Notes under the pieces: model-generated | What the model was told of the DNA's origin: nothing | Databases searched by the model: none | The model's input: the letters and a program-made list of their open reading frames with translations, nothing else | In this document: positions 37,560-45,702 of the stretch, one piece after another | Layout of the letters: every line of letters begins with the position of its first letter | Position numbering within the stretch: position 1 is the stretch's first letter | Made by a program: the position numbers and the translations under genes | Origin: an uncultured Pseudomonadales bacterium | GTDB taxonomy: Bacteria > Patescibacteriota > Microgenomatia > UBA1400 > PJMF01 | Reading direction: 5' to 3' | Length of the DNA: 64,000 nt | Assembly (NCBI GenBank): GCA_964393205.1 | Contig: CAYMSV010000001.1 | Coordinates: 5,841-69,840, forward strand

Positions 37560-37874
37560 ATGAAAGTGATTGTTCAGGCTAAAAGTTTAAAGGTTACGAG
37601 AGCTTTACGTGAATTTATTGAACGACATAGTCAAAAATTAAATAAATTGGGCCAAAATGTAACGGCAGTACGCGTTTACTTAGAACAAAGCACTAAAAAG
37701 AGTAGTAAGAGTAAGAGCGTGTTAGTAAAGTTTAAAATTGAGGTGCCGGGACAAGATTTATGGGTTGAGGTCGCAGGTTATGATTTTTATGACGCTATCG
37801 TTGATGCGATTAATGCCGCAACTCGTAAACTCAGAAAAAATAAAGAAAAACAATTAGACCAACAAAAGGCTTAG
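37560..37874 (+). CDS. hpf: ribosome hibernation promoting factor (HPF/RaiA, short form)
   Basis: MKVIVQAKSLKVTRALREFIERHSQKLNKL...VRVYLEQ matches the YfiA/HPF fold signature. Confidence 0.8.
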   Translation: MKVIVQAKSLKVTRALREFIERHSQKLNKLGQNVTAVRVYLEQSTKKSSKSKSVLVKFKIEVPGQDLWVEVAGYDFYDAIVDAINAATRKLRKNKEKQLDQQKA

Positions 37875-37921
37875 TAAAACGCTAGTAGTTGTTAGCCTTA
37901 TTTTTGTGCTATCCTAGCTTT

Positions 37922-38263
37922 ATGTCAGACAATCAAGATCCTTTAACTATGTTACAAAAAATTATTGAAAAACCTGAGGGAGCAGAGCCTGTACAAAATA
38001 GTGCTGATGACAAACAAGATCAGCAAGTCCAATCTCAAGAAGAAATTGCTGCACAAGAAAAGAGAATGGTTGAGCTTAAAGCCAAGGAAGTTGCTAAATC
38101 AGCTGAAGACGAGGTAAAAATTGCTGAAACAAGAGAAGAATTTTCTCAGGTAATTGGTGATGCTGATCAAGAATCAACAGATCAACTTCCCAGCGAAGGA
38201 GATGACAGTGATCAGGACAGGGAAGAAATTCACAAGATTGCTCAGTTAAAAAGATTAGATTAA
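37922..38263 (+). CDS. acidic hypothetical protein
   Basis: ATG 37922 (track start is TTG); Glu/Asp/Gln-rich, no homology. Confidence 0.3.
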   Translation: MSDNQDPLTMLQKIIEKPEGAEPVQNSADDKQDQQVQSQEEIAAQEKRMVELKAKEVAKSAEDEVKIAETREEFSQVIGDADQESTDQLPSEGDDSDQDREEIHKIAQLKRLD

Positions 38264-38269
38264 TTTATT

Positions 38270-38929
38270 ATGGAAGGTGGATCAAGTCTAGGTGCTGGAG
38301 CTAAAAGCCAGCTAACCAGTAGTGGGGGTTTTCGTCAAACTTTTGGTGGTAGTATTACTGAAGAACACTTGGATAAGGCGGCCGCTAAGACTAGTAGTCA
38401 AATTAAGCAAAGCAATCAGCAAAGTAGTGTTTTGGGTCAAAAGGGCGCGCAAAAGGGAGCGGCCGCCACTCAAGGCGCTGGTAAAACAGATCTAGCTAAA
38501 ACTCCAGATAAAGCAGCCACTCAAGCACGGCCAGTGGCTAGTTTAAATCAAGAGTTGATTAGACGTCCAGCTGTCGATGTGCTAGATACTTTTAAGGCAA
38601 TGTTTGACCCTAATCGTTTACTTAATATTCAAACCAAAACCCCAGAAGAACAGGCTAAGCAAAAAAAAGTAGCTGCTCGTTGGCAGCAGCTAACTGAGGC
38701 TGAACAGGCTGAAGCTAAACGCCTATATGAAGAAAGCTTGGCAAAAAAACGTCAAGAACAAGAAGCTGAAGAACAAAAGAAAAAACAAGAAGAAGAGGCT
38801 AAAGCCCAAGAATTACCAGTTCCTCAGGGTCGACAAACTGGTTTTCGTGGTTTTGGCGGTATGTCTGGCTCTACAAAAGCTCAAACTATTCTACAGCGCC
38901 AGCGCACTACCATGACTGGGGCAGAATAA
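38270..38929 (+). CDS. low-complexity Ala/Lys/Glu-rich hypothetical protein
   Basis: 219 aa, predicted disordered, no motifs. Confidence 0.35.
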   Translation: MEGGSSLGAGAKSQLTSSGGFRQTFGGSITEEHLDKAAAKTSSQIKQSNQQSSVLGQKGAQKGAAATQGAGKTDLAKTPDKAATQARPVASLNQELIRRPAVDVLDTFKAMFDPNRLLNIQTKTPEEQAKQKKVAARWQQLTEAEQAEAKRLYEESLAKKRQEQEAEEQKKKQEEEAKAQELPVPQGRQTGFRGFGGMSGSTKAQTILQRQRTTMTGAE

Positions 38930-38956
38930 GTTTTTTAATGCTAAAATGAACTAGCC

Positions 38957-40483
38957 ATGAAACTTTATAATACCGTTTCGCGATCTATAGAAGAATTTCA
39001 AGCTCTAGAAGATAATTTTGTTAAGTTGTACGCTTGTGGTCCGACTGTTTATGATTACACTCATCTTGGTCATCTACGCAAGTATGTTTTGGATGATGTT
39101 TTAGTAAGAACATTGCGTCACGCTGGTTATGAGGTGAAGCATGTGCAAAATATTACTGATGTTGGTCATTTGGTTAGTGATGATGATGTGGGAGAGGACA
39201 AACTAGAAAAAGGGGCTAAAAAATATGGTACTGACGCGGAAGCTTTAGCTCGTCGTTTTGAAGATTATTTTTTTTATAGTATGGATTTGCTGGGGGTCTT
39301 GCGACCGAGTCTTAGTTGCCGTGCTACTGACCATATTCAAGCTCAGTTAGAAATGGTTTTAGCATTGGAGAAAAAAGATTTAACTTATGTTATTGAGGGA
39401 GATGGTGTTTATTTTGATACTAGTAAGATTGATGATTATGGCAAGTTAATTAATCAAGATCCGCAATTAGCTAAGCAAGTTTTAACAGCTCAGCGTGAAG
39501 GTGAGCGAGTCGACAAGGTGCCGGGGCGTAAACATCCAACCGATTTTGCGCTATGGAAATTTGAGCGTCCAGGAGAAAATAGACAAATGGTTTGGTCTAG
39601 TCCTTGGCACGAACGTAGTTTTCCAGGTTGGCATATTGAGTGTAGCGCTATGTCACTTGAGCATTTAGGCGATCAAATTGATATTCACACTGGAGGAATT
39701 GACCATATTAACATCCATCACACTAATGAGATTGCTCAAACTGAAGCCGTAACTGGTAAAAAACCCTTTAGTCGTTATTGGGTGCATCACAATCATCTGT
39801 TTGTTGAGGGTCAAAAAATGAGTAAGTCTCTCAATAACTTTTATACAATAGACAATATTATTGAGCGAGGCTATTTGCCGAAGGCCTTACGCCTACTATT
39901 TTTAATGAGTCACTATCGTAGTGAACAAAACTTTACTTGGGATAGCCTGCAAGCCGCTCACAAAGCTTATTTAAAACTTGTTTATTTTGTTTTAAAATTG
40001 CGCGCTAATAAAGACAATCGAGAAATTGAGTTAAGTGATTTTCCAGGAGCCATGCAACTGCGTAGTGATTTTTTTACAGCTATGGAAAATGATTTAAAAA
40101 CAAATGAGGCTTTAACAGTATTATGGGAGTTATTAAAAAGTGATTTAGATGCTGATGTTTTGTATCGATTAATTATGGAATTTGATCAGGTTTTGGGACT
40201 TGGTTTAGCTGGGATTAGTGAGGAATATTTATTAAAATCTCTACGCCAATCTTTAAACAAAAAAATAATTGATGTAGATTTAGCTCAAAGTTTAGGTTTG
40301 GAAGCAGAAGGTTTGCGCTTGGCAGATTTGCCAGCTCAGGTGAGACATCTAGTAGAAGAGCGCCAAATTGCACGTCAAGACAAAGATTTTGCCAAAGCCG
40401 ATGAATATCGAGCACAAATTAAAGAACATGGTTTTGAACTTTTGGATATGGAAAATAACGAGCTACTGATTAGAAAAATTTAA
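38957..40483 (+). CDS. cysS: cysteinyl-tRNA synthetase
   Basis: HIGH-type motif YTHLGHLRKY, Zn ligand CGPTVYD, KMSKS motif. Confidence 0.9.
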   Translation: MKLYNTVSRSIEEFQALEDNFVKLYACGPTVYDYTHLGHLRKYVLDDVLVRTLRHAGYEVKHVQNITDVGHLVSDDDVGEDKLEKGAKKYGTDAEALARRFEDYFFYSMDLLGVLRPSLSCRATDHIQAQLEMVLALEKKDLTYVIEGDGVYFDTSKIDDYGKLINQDPQLAKQVLTAQREGERVDKVPGRKHPTDFALWKFERPGENRQMVWSSPWHERSFPGWHIECSAMSLEHLGDQIDIHTGGIDHINIHHTNEIAQTEAVTGKKPFSRYWVHHNHLFVEGQKMSKSLNNFYTIDNIIERGYLPKALRLLFLMSHYRSEQNFTWDSLQAAHKAYLKLVYFVLKLRANKDNREIELSDFPGAMQLRSDFFTAMENDLKTNEALTVLWELLKSDLDADVLYRLIMEFDQVLGLGLAGISEEYLLKSLRQSLNKKIIDVDLAQSLGLEAEGLRLADLPAQVRHLVEERQIARQDKDFAKADEYRAQIKEHGFELLDMENNELLIRKI

Positions 40484-40508
40484 TTTAGCGCAGCTCTTTT
40501 CATTTTTT

Positions 40509-41252
40509 TTAGCAATCTATCTTTTTTAAATCTCCGTATTCTTCTCTTATAGAAAAATATCCTTGACGAGAAATAATCAAATGATCAATCAGCTTAACTC
40601 CCATGGCTTCTGCCAGTTGAGCTAATTTTTTACTAACCAGTAAATCATTCATTGAGGGTTCTAGGTTTCCTGAAGGATGATTATGAACTAAAATGATGTT
40701 GCTAGCTTGGAGTTGAAAAGCAATTTCAAAAATTTCCCGGCCTTCTAGATAGTTAAAATTTAAACCGCCGATGGTGATGGTTTTTTTGAGTAACAATTCT
40801 TGTTGGCCATTGAGAAAAAAGGCCAAACAATATTCTTGTTTTTTGGCTTTCAAATCTGAACAATGATTAAAGACTTGAAGGGGAGAGCGCAATGGGGTGG
40901 AGTTTGATTCCAAAATACTTCTTCTGCCTAGTTCAATGGCAGCAATGATTTTTGTAGCTTGAGCGAAGGCAATTCCCGGTATGCTTTGCAGATCTTTAAG
41001 TAATTGTTGTTCTCGATTTAATTTTTTGAGAGTAAATAGTTCGTGTAATAGTTTTAGAGGAAACTTTTTTAAAATTTTTTGAGCCAAATTTAAAACTGGT
41101 AGGTTTTTATGACCACTACTTAAGATAATAGCTAATAATTCTGCATTACTTAAACTAGTTGTTCCGGAATAATGTAGTTTTTCTCTGGGGCGATAAGTAA
41201 ATATGATGCTTGGTTTTTTAGAAGACTTTAATCCAATTGATTGTTGCTGCAC
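40509..41252 (-). CDS. radC: RadC-family JAB/MPN domain protein
   Basis: HNHPSGNLEPSMNDLLVSKKL JAMM motif; N-terminal HhH-like region. Confidence 0.8.
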   Translation of the reverse strand: MQQQSIGLKSSKKPSIIFTYRPREKLHYSGTTSLSNAELLAIILSSGHKNLPVLNLAQKILKKFPLKLLHELFTLKKLNREQQLLKDLQSIPGIAFAQATKIIAAIELGRRSILESNSTPLRSPLQVFNHCSDLKAKKQEYCLAFFLNGQQELLLKKTITIGGLNFNYLEGREIFEIAFQLQASNIILVHNHPSGNLEPSMNDLLVSKKLAQLAEAMGVKLIDHLIISRQGYFSIREEYGDLKKIDC

Positions 41253-41311
41253 TATTTTAATTGTAGTGAAAGAAAATGACTTTAAGTGTGATGGAATTTT
41301 CTTGTGCTATT

Positions 41312-42478
41312 TTATCTTCGCAAGGCTTCAATCAGTAATTTGAATGTCCGAAGATTATGCAAAGTAGCTAGTCGCCAAGCACTACTATCTTTTACCTTAA
41401 AAAGGTGGTGTAAATAAGCGCGACTGATCTGATTTTTTTGACAAATTGGACAATCACAGTGTTCACTAATTGTTTTTAAATCTGTGCTGTGTTTTCCCTG
41501 TCCAATATATAGATAATCAAAAAGCTGGTCGAACTCTTTGTTGTCATCAATCTTTTTTAAATCTTTTTGAGTTAATTGCTGGGGGTCTGTTTTAAAGACA
41601 TAGAGTCGTTGATGACGAGCATCTCTAGTGGGCAAGACACAATCAAAAAATTGGTATCCCATAAAAAATAATTGCACTATGTTTTCTAAACTACCCACAC
41701 CTAGGGCAAAACGGGGGTTTTGATTGGGTGTTAAACGAGCATTAAATTGAGAAAGTTGATAATCAAATTTGCCATTGTCATCAATTGGCCAACCACCCAA
41801 ACCATAAAGATCAAAGCCGATTTCAAGTAGAGCATTAGCACAGTATTGGCGCCATTTTTGATGATTATGTCCTTGAATAGGAGCGAGAAGTAGGGGACGA
41901 GGCTCCAAGCTCTTTTTTTGTTGGAGTTGCTGATCAAATTCAGCCTTAGCACGCTCCGCCCAAGCAATGGTTCTTTTTACACTTTGCTCTAGACGTGTCT
42001 CATCTGCTTCTGGTGGGCTAAAATCATCAAGGGCAATTTTAATATCACTGCCAATAGTAAATTGTAAACGAATGGAATCTTCTGGAGTAAAAAGTTTTTT
42101 CTTTTGTTTTTTAGGTCCGGTATATAAGACCACACCTTCATCAGTAATTTTTCCCAGATTAGGATTTTTTTGAATTAGAGAAAAAAGTTGAAAACCACCT
42201 GAATCAGAAGCTAAAAAACCGGGCCAATTCATCAATTTTTTAAGACCACCAACCTCTTTTAATATTTTTTCCCCTGGTTTATTAATTAAATGGTAGGTAT
42301 TAACCATTAGCCAATCTAAGCCAATTTCTTGGAGATCGATGGGCCCTAAACTACGCACCACACCTAGAGTAGCGTCAGGCATAAACACTGGCAAGTTGGC
42401 TAGTAGCTTTTTTGAATTTTGGTAATTATCGAATTTTTCCATCAGGCCTATTTTACTTGATCTGGTATAATAATGCAT
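41312..42478 (-). CDS. tgt: queuine tRNA-ribosyltransferase
   Basis: PVFMPDAT, NTYHL, DSGGFQ and C-terminal Zn site CDCPICQ...HHLF; start may be the internal Met 12 codons downstream. Confidence 0.8.
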   Translation of the reverse strand: MHYYTRSSKIGLMEKFDNYQNSKKLLANLPVFMPDATLGVVRSLGPIDLQEIGLDWLMVNTYHLINKPGEKILKEVGGLKKLMNWPGFLASDSGGFQLFSLIQKNPNLGKITDEGVVLYTGPKKQKKKLFTPEDSIRLQFTIGSDIKIALDDFSPPEADETRLEQSVKRTIAWAERAKAEFDQQLQQKKSLEPRPLLLAPIQGHNHQKWRQYCANALLEIGFDLYGLGGWPIDDNGKFDYQLSQFNARLTPNQNPRFALGVGSLENIVQLFFMGYQFFDCVLPTRDARHQRLYVFKTDPQQLTQKDLKKIDDNKEFDQLFDYLYIGQGKHSTDLKTISEHCDCPICQKNQISRAYLHHLFKVKDSSAWRLATLHNLRTFKLLIEALRR

Positions 42479-42511
42479 CTCAAGAAATTATTAATTAATA
42501 AGAAAGATAAA

Positions 42512-42715
42512 ATGCCTCAAAAAAAAGCAGTCAAGCGTCTTACTCGCTCCAAAACTGATAAAAAAATTGCTGGTGTAGCTGGCGGTATCGCTAACTATTT
42601 CGAAATTGATCCGGTGTTAGTGCGCTTAATTTTTGCTCTAACTTGTATTCCAGGTGGTTTTCCAGGTCTTTTGGCATACATCATTGCTTGGATTGTGATG
42701 CCTTTGGAAAAATAA
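42512..42715 (+). CDS. PspC-domain membrane protein
   Basis: KLTRSKTDKKIAGVAGGIANYFEIDPVLVRLIFAL is the PspC domain signature; ATG 42512 preferred over 42473. Confidence 0.6.
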   Translation: MPQKKAVKRLTRSKTDKKIAGVAGGIANYFEIDPVLVRLIFALTCIPGGFPGLLAYIIAWIVMPLEK

Positions 42716-42742
42716 TTTATTTTGTGAAATAAACAAGAAAAA

Positions 42743-42770
42743 GCCCCATCGTATGATGGGGCTATTTTTT
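42743..42770. terminator. bidirectional rho-independent terminator
   Basis: GCCCCATC-GTAT-GATGGGGC perfect 8-bp stem flanked by A run upstream and TATTTTTT downstream; sits between convergent genes. Confidence 0.8.
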
Positions 42771-43047
42771 ACTGGCTGTTGTTTTTGTACGCAGCCCTTG
42801 CCTCCCCTAGGGAAGCCTTGGCTGCGTTCAGCTCCTCACGGAGCCGACTCACCTCTTCCTGCGCATAAAAATATGCGCAGGCCTGCTGATTGCCATTAAG
42901 ACAATCTGCAGCAGGATTCTTGCTGTTGGATGACCAAATCATTCCAATAACAAGAATTATGATAACAATTACCAGTACGATAATGACAACACGGTTTTTC
43001 TTTTCCACGTTGTCACCTCCTTTTTCCATTGCCGTTTGAATTTCCAC
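42769..43047 (-). CDS. small membrane-anchored protein with coiled-coil tail; 3' half encoded by anomalously GC-rich DNA
   Basis: TM helix VVIIVLVIVIIILVIGMIW; segment 42781-42900 is 67/120 = 56% GC by direct count and contains two strong palindromes. Confidence 0.4.
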   Translation of the reverse strand: MEIQTAMEKGGDNVEKKNRVVIIVLVIVIIILVIGMIWSSNSKNPAADCLNGNQQACAYFYAQEEVSRLREELNAAKASLGEARAAYKNNSQ

Positions 43048-43156
43048 AACTGCTTTAGCTGTGGTTCGACAATGCAGAAGTTATTTTACTATAAAACAGC
43101 AAATAATTCAATATTATAGGACAGTTTAAACTATGCCATTCTTAAATTATTTTCAA

Positions 43157-43165
43157 TGCTACAAT
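43157..43165 (+). promoter_or_regulatory. extended -10 promoter TGcTACAAT, 7 nt before ychF ATG (leaderless-type)
   Basis: Exact TGnTACAAT. Confidence 0.45.
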
Positions 43166-43172
43166 AACTGCC

Positions 43173-44306
43173 ATGAGTCAATTATCTATCGGCATCGTTG
43201 GTTTGCCTAATGTTGGTAAGTCAACTTTATTTAATGCCTTACTAAAAAAACAGGTAGCGTTAGCTGCTAATTATCCTTTTGCCACCATAGAACCTAATGT
43301 TGGTGTGGTAGAGGTGCCAGACGCGCGTTTGCAAACCTTGGCTGAAATTACTCAAAGCAGTGAAAAACTAGAATCTTTACCTCCAGTCAAGCATGCTTTA
43401 GTAGAGTTTGTCGATATTGCTGGCTTGGTTAAAGGAGCGTCTCAGGGTGAGGGATTGGGCAATCAATTTTTGGCCAATATTCGAGAAACTCAAGCTATTT
43501 GTCACGTTTTGCGTGCCTTTAGTGATGAAAATGTAGTGCGAGAGGGCAGTGTTTCACCGACTGAAGATTTAGCAACTATTCGTACAGAATTGCAATTAGC
43601 TGATCTTGAAACTCTCAACAAACAACGCCCTCCAAAAGGTTCAGCAAGCAAAGAAGAAAAATTGCGTTGGTCAATTATTGAAAATTTTAAAAAAACATTA
43701 GAGAGTGGCCAGAATCTTATTAATTCTGATCAAGTAGGCAGTCAAAGCGCAAAAAGTTTTACTGAAGTTGAAGCTTTAGTAGCTAAAGAATTATGCTTGC
43801 TAACTGCTAAGCCTGAAATTTTTGCAATCAATGTTGATGAAGACGCTTTGAGCAAAGCTGATGCTTTAAAAGAAGAATGGGCAAACAAACTTACCCTGTC
43901 GCAGACGCAAATAGTAATCATCTCTGCTCAAATTGAGAGCCAGTTAGCAACCCTAAGTAGTGAAGACCAAGAAGCTTATCTTGAAGATTTAGGTTTAAAG
44001 GAAAGTGGTTTAGAGCGTTTAGCTCAGGTTGCCTATGAAACTTTAAATTTACAAAGCTTTTTAACTGCAGGTGAAATTGAAGTTAAGGCTTGGACAATTA
44101 AGCGAGGTAGTAGCGCGCGTCAGGCTGCTGGCGTTATTCATGGTGATTTTTACGATAAATTTATTAGTGCCAAAATTATTAGCTTCAGTGACTTTGTTGC
44201 TCTGGGAGGTTGGCAAGCCGCCAAGATAGCTGGAAAAATTCGTCAAGAGGGCAGAGACTATATTATGCAAGATGGAGATGTAGTAGAGTTTATGGTGGGG
44301 CGCTAA
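43173..44306 (+). CDS. ychF: ribosome-binding ATPase YchF (Obg-family GTPase)
   Basis: G1 GIVGLPNVGKSTLFNAL, NVxE, TGS C-terminal domain. Confidence 0.9.
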   Translation: MSQLSIGIVGLPNVGKSTLFNALLKKQVALAANYPFATIEPNVGVVEVPDARLQTLAEITQSSEKLESLPPVKHALVEFVDIAGLVKGASQGEGLGNQFLANIRETQAICHVLRAFSDENVVREGSVSPTEDLATIRTELQLADLETLNKQRPPKGSASKEEKLRWSIIENFKKTLESGQNLINSDQVGSQSAKSFTEVEALVAKELCLLTAKPEIFAINVDEDALSKADALKEEWANKLTLSQTQIVIISAQIESQLATLSSEDQEAYLEDLGLKESGLERLAQVAYETLNLQSFLTAGEIEVKAWTIKRGSSARQAAGVIHGDFYDKFISAKIISFSDFVALGGWQAAKIAGKIRQEGRDYIMQDGDVVEFMVGR

Positions 44307-44314
44307 ACTTATTT

Positions 44315-44342
44315 TTGCTTGTAATTTCAAGGAATCTATACT
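44315..44342 (+). promoter_or_regulatory. sigma-70-type promoter TTGCTT-N16-TATACT for rpsF
   Basis: Hexamers read from sequence; about 85-nt 5' leader follows. Confidence 0.4.
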
Positions 44343-44349
44343 AAAATAC

Positions 44350-44432
44350 CCTTCAAGAGTTCGCTAAATTTATCAATTATCCAAGGAAAGAATTGTTTCC
44401 GACAATTTTTTTCGCGAACTAGAACGGAACAG
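44350..44432 (+). promoter_or_regulatory. structured rpsF 5' leader (candidate S6:S18 autoregulatory element)
   Basis: 7-bp long-range helix AGTTCGC(44358-64)/GCGAACT(44414-20) enclosing a GGAAA-GAATTG-TTTCC hairpin, 12 nt before the ATG. Confidence 0.3.
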
Positions 44433-44819
44433 ATGAAGTTGGTTAAAGAATCAATCAAAAGAGAATATGAGTTAACTTACCTGCTAACAGGTGATCTTTT
44501 GGACGCTGATGTAGCTAAAATTCGTAAAGAAATTGTTGACTTAATTACAAGTTTCAAGGGTAAGGTTGTTGAAGAAAATGACTGGGAGCGCAAGCTCTTG
44601 GCTTACAAAATTCGTCACGCCGGCAAAGCTCAGGTAGAAGCTATTTTTACTCATCTTATAATTGAGTTAAGTCCCAGTAAAGTTCAGAAACTAGATAAAG
44701 AAATGACTCTTCATAATCAAGTGATGCGTCATTTATTAGTTTTAAAAGAGGATGAAATCCTTGGTGATGAAAAATCTGTAAAAAGTAAAGTAGAAGATGA
44801 AGAAGAAAGTGAAGAATAA
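44433..44819 (+). CDS. rpsF: 30S ribosomal protein S6
   Basis: YELTYLL N-terminal signature, acidic C-terminal tail, rpsF-ssb-rpsR order. Confidence 0.85.
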   Translation: MKLVKESIKREYELTYLLTGDLLDADVAKIRKEIVDLITSFKGKVVEENDWERKLLAYKIRHAGKAQVEAIFTHLIIELSPSKVQKLDKEMTLHNQVMRHLLVLKEDEILGDEKSVKSKVEDEEESEE

Positions 44820-44898
44820 AAGGTTACGGATTTTGTCAATTAAATATTAATAATAAGATGAAGTTAATGAAACAACTCTGTTACAGAGAAAGGAAAAA

Positions 44899-45420
44899 AT
44901 GTCAGTAAGATCTCTTAATAAAGTCATGCTAATTGGTAATCTTACCAGAGATCCCAATTTAAGGTTTACGCCCAATGGAGCAGCCGTTTGTTCTTTTGGT
45001 TTAGCTACCAACCGATCTTGGACTAATTCGGATAGTGGAGAAAAACAAGAACGAGTGGATTTTCACAATGTAGTTGCTTGGGGCAAATTAGCAGAAATTT
45101 GTGGACAATTGTTACACAAAGGTGACAAAACTTATGTAGAAGGAAGAATTCAAACTCGTGATTGGAAAACTGATGATGGTGCTGAACGTCGAATTACTGA
45201 AATCATCATTGATAATATGATGTTGCTCAATAGTCGAGGTGGTTACAGTCCAAGTGAAGAAGATGAAGCTGGTGAGGAAGAAGAGGGTAGTAGTGATGAT
45301 AAAAAAAGCAAAAAAGCCAATGACAAAAAAGAAGATAAAGACGAGGAAGCAGAAGACGAGAATGGTTCTGAAGGAGAGGCTGAAGAAGTAGAAGATGTCA
45401 GTGATGATATTCCTTTTTAA
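44899..45420 (+). CDS. ssb: single-stranded DNA-binding protein
   Basis: OB-fold LIGNLTRDPNLRFTPNGAAVCSFGLATNRSW; acidic tail ending DDIPF. Confidence 0.9.
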   Translation: MSVRSLNKVMLIGNLTRDPNLRFTPNGAAVCSFGLATNRSWTNSDSGEKQERVDFHNVVAWGKLAEICGQLLHKGDKTYVEGRIQTRDWKTDDGAERRITEIIIDNMMLLNSRGGYSPSEEDEAGEEEEGSSDDKKSKKANDKKEDKDEEAEDENGSEGEAEEVEDVSDDIPF

Positions 45421-45443
45421 ATTAATTAAAATGAAAGTTTTTC

Positions 45444-45620
45444 ATGAATCAACAATTTACTTATAAAAAACCAGAAGCACTTCGAAAATTTATTACCCCT
45501 TTTGGTTCGATTTTACCTCGCGCTAAAACTGGTTTGAGTGCAAAAGAGCAAAAAAAGTTGACTAGAGCAATCAAAAGAGCTCGTCACCTAGCTCTTTTAC
45601 CATTTACTCAAACCTTGTGA
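45444..45620 (+). CDS. rpsR: 30S ribosomal protein S18 (58 aa, missed by the ORF track)
   Basis: Hand translation [58 protein letters not shown]; KRAR(H/Y)L(A/S)LLP(F/Y)T is the bS18 signature; conserved S6-SSB-S18 order. Confidence 0.8.
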   Translation: MNQQFTYKKPEALRKFITPFGSILPRAKTGLSAKEQKKLTRAIKRARHLALLPFTQTL

Positions 45621-45642
45621 TATTGTGTTAATACAACAAAAA

Positions 45643-45667
45643 AGCTAGTTTTTTAACTAGCTTTTTT
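45643..45667 (+). terminator. rho-independent terminator after rpsR
   Basis: AGCTAGTT-TTTT-AACTAGCT perfect 8-bp stem then TTTTT. Confidence 0.75.
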
Positions 45668-45702
45668 GTTGGCTTCGTTTTACAATGACTTGCTGGAGAC
45701 TC

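Noticed and set aside
38727-38915. Lys-rich 62-aa ORF in alternate frame
   Set aside because: Alternate frame of a low-complexity gene; an artefact of the AAG/AAA-rich sequence.
42473-42511. Upstream ATG (42473) as start of the PspC-domain gene
   Set aside because: It overlaps the divergent tgt start codon and follows a TATAAT too closely; ATG 42512 with an AAGAAAG RBS-like tract is preferred.
42801-42881. SRP (4.5S) RNA in the GC-rich segment
   Set aside because: Only an 11-nt identity (GCAGCCAAGGC). It is on the wrong side of the hairpin relative to domain IV, with no GNRA tetraloop or symmetric-loop motifs; judged coincidental.
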